Origin: a virus
Taxonomy: Duplodnaviria; Caudoviricetes
Reading direction: 5' to 3' (one strand)
Length of the DNA stretch: 64,000 bases
IMG/VR virus record: IMGVR_UViG_3300010052_000153
Span: 1 to 64,000 of that record
In this document: piece by piece, positions 62,943 through 64,000 of the stretch
Numbering within the stretch: the stretch's first letter is position 1
Layout: every line of letters begins with the position of its first letter
Position numbers and translations under genes: made by a program
Notes under the pieces: generated by a model
The model's input: only the letters and a program-made list of their open reading frames with translations
The model's database searches: none
What the model was told of the DNA's origin: nothing

Positions 62943-63144
62943 ACGTCTCCAGGTGCGGAGGGTATAAGGCCGATAGTGCTGTGACGAGTTCGGCCAGGTT
63001 TTGCAGGGGCACGGCGACTAGGTCGCTGTCCTGCTCGATGCTCACGGAGTCACCCCCGTATCCGAGCTTCACCCTGATATCGCTCCAGCGATAGTCAGGG
63101 CCACACCGCACCACAGTGGGCGCGGCGTCCGTGTGCGGGGTCAC
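62902..63144 (-). CDS. Hypothetical phage protein
   Basis: 80 aa, coupled to ATPase stop. Confidence 0.5.
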   Translation of the reverse strand: MTPHTDAAPTVVRCGPDYRWSDIRVKLGYGGDSVSIEQDSDLVAVPLQNLAELVTALSALYPPHLETFENGQFWQNIYRG

Positions 63145-63932
63145 GCGGCCGCCTTTTTCTCGCCGCCATTGTCGTTCGCCGGCAACCAGAATTTGCTTAC
63201 GTCTGCGTAGCCGTTGCCCTTCACATACTTGATCGTGTCGGGCATGCTGTAGCGGTTCTTAGCAACATATCCTGCGCCTTCGGCGAGATGAATCTGCCGT
63301 TCCTTGCCGCCTTCAGCATGGGCCACGGTCTTTTTTGGACCAACCTCTTTCTCCTTCAGGGAGACGCGATAGTTCATGAACGCGACGATATCGGCCTGTT
63401 CCCGCACCAGTGCATTGCCGCGCTTGTGCAGCTTCGGCGTATAGCGGCTGTAGGGGTCTGTCGTCGGGCTGTCGAACCGGATGATTTCCGGGTGGGCAAG
63501 CATCACGACATGCATGCCTGAGGCCGCCAATGCAGAAACGCCGCTAAGGAAGTCGCGCCACTCGTTGTCGGCTTCAACATAGCCCTTGCCGAAGCCAGGC
63601 TCCTCGATGCTACTAACGCCAAGACGTGCTGCGGTTGCAGCCCAAATGAGTGGCTCCAACCCGTCCAGGCTGTCGATGATGACCGTCTTGAGGTCGTGCC
63701 CGCCTTCAAGCAATTCGCCGATGACATTGATGATGTCGTTGAAAGACTCGATCGTGCCCGGCGTCGGGATATCTACGCCCTTCGGCGCGCGTTCACCCTC
63801 TGTCGGCAGGTAGATCGGCGACGGAAACTCTGCCGCGAAACTGGTCTTTCCGATGCCATCGACGCCGTAGACCAGCATGATGGGCGGGTTGATCGACGTG
63901 CTCGATTTCAAGCTCTTGATGGAAATTGCCAC
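63141..63932 (-). CDS. AAA_24/Sak4-like ATPase (recombination)
   Basis: YG..GIGKT, IIDSLD.LE, GFGKGY, PY.RY..KLH, E..D.V.F and AKNRY motifs. Confidence 0.85.
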   Translation of the reverse strand: MAISIKSLKSSTSINPPIMLVYGVDGIGKTSFAAEFPSPIYLPTEGERAPKGVDIPTPGTIESFNDIINVIGELLEGGHDLKTVIIDSLDGLEPLIWAATAARLGVSSIEEPGFGKGYVEADNEWRDFLSGVSALAASGMHVVMLAHPEIIRFDSPTTDPYSRYTPKLHKRGNALVREQADIVAFMNYRVSLKEKEVGPKKTVAHAEGGKERQIHLAEGAGYVAKNRYSMPDTIKYVKGNGYADVSKFWLPANDNGGEKKAAA

Positions 63933-63939
63933 TCTGGCT

Positions 63940-64000
63940 TTACCCCAAGTATTTGAGTGCGACGATGAACGTGACGAAACCGATCGACGCCCAAAAGGCC
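63940..64000 (-). CDS. 3' end of a truncated membrane protein gene
   Basis: AFWASIGFVTFIVALKYLG*, runs off the window edge. Confidence 0.45.
   Translation of the reverse strand, partial: AFWASIGFVTFIVALKYLG

Larger units (their letters stand above)
1..64000 (-). mobile_element. Tailed phage/prophage genome (lambda-like head, P2-like contractile tail), ends not defined in window
   Basis: Contiguous co-oriented modules for replication, packaging, head, tail and lysis with many ATGA overlaps; no host housekeeping operon and no integrase seen. Confidence 0.95.

Noticed and set aside
1-64000. Integrase, att sites, CI/Cro switch
   Set aside because: No tyrosine or serine recombinase motifs or S24-domain repressor seen. 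Lifestyle is inferred only from morons, TA and SOS features; these genes may lie outside the window.

Overview
The window is a nearly complete (~64 kb) temperate-type phage or prophage genome of an alphaproteobacterial host, most likely Rhizobiales. The host call rests on DUF982/DUF2158-like genes, an alpha-type LexA box and the protein families present. Almost all genes are on the minus strand. Read in transcription order (high to low coordinate) it contains: a recombination/replication module (Sak4-like ATPase, SSB-like protein, its own beta clamp, Cas4-like exonuclease, ECF-like sigma factor, intein-containing SF2 helicase, DNA-modification genes, HicAB, primase-polymerase/AAA); an ~8 kb accessory block (SOS-boxed SRAP cassette, XRE regulator, 1233-aa RTX/S-layer-like protein); a heptamer-repeat origin-like region; a late regulator and three tRNA/tRNA-like genes; a lambda-type head; a P2-type contractile tail; a GH26 hydrolase; a holin/SAR-endolysin/spanin cassette; and a block of accessory envelope and nucleotide-processing genes. 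No integrase or clear CI repressor is in the window. The most striking signals are: (1) a genome-wide, synonymously encoded ANDN peptide, often at C-termini followed by a terminal AA, that mimics the alphaproteobacterial tmRNA (ssrA) degradation tag; (2) a phage-borne S-layer-like gene with its own divergent regulator; (3) a MotA/ExbB + MotB-like membrane triad; (4) a split DNA methyltransferase beside a frameshifted PAPS-reductase-family gene. All family assignments are from motif recognition by eye, with no database searches. Many starts were moved from the ORF track to RBS-supported or stop/start-coupled codons.
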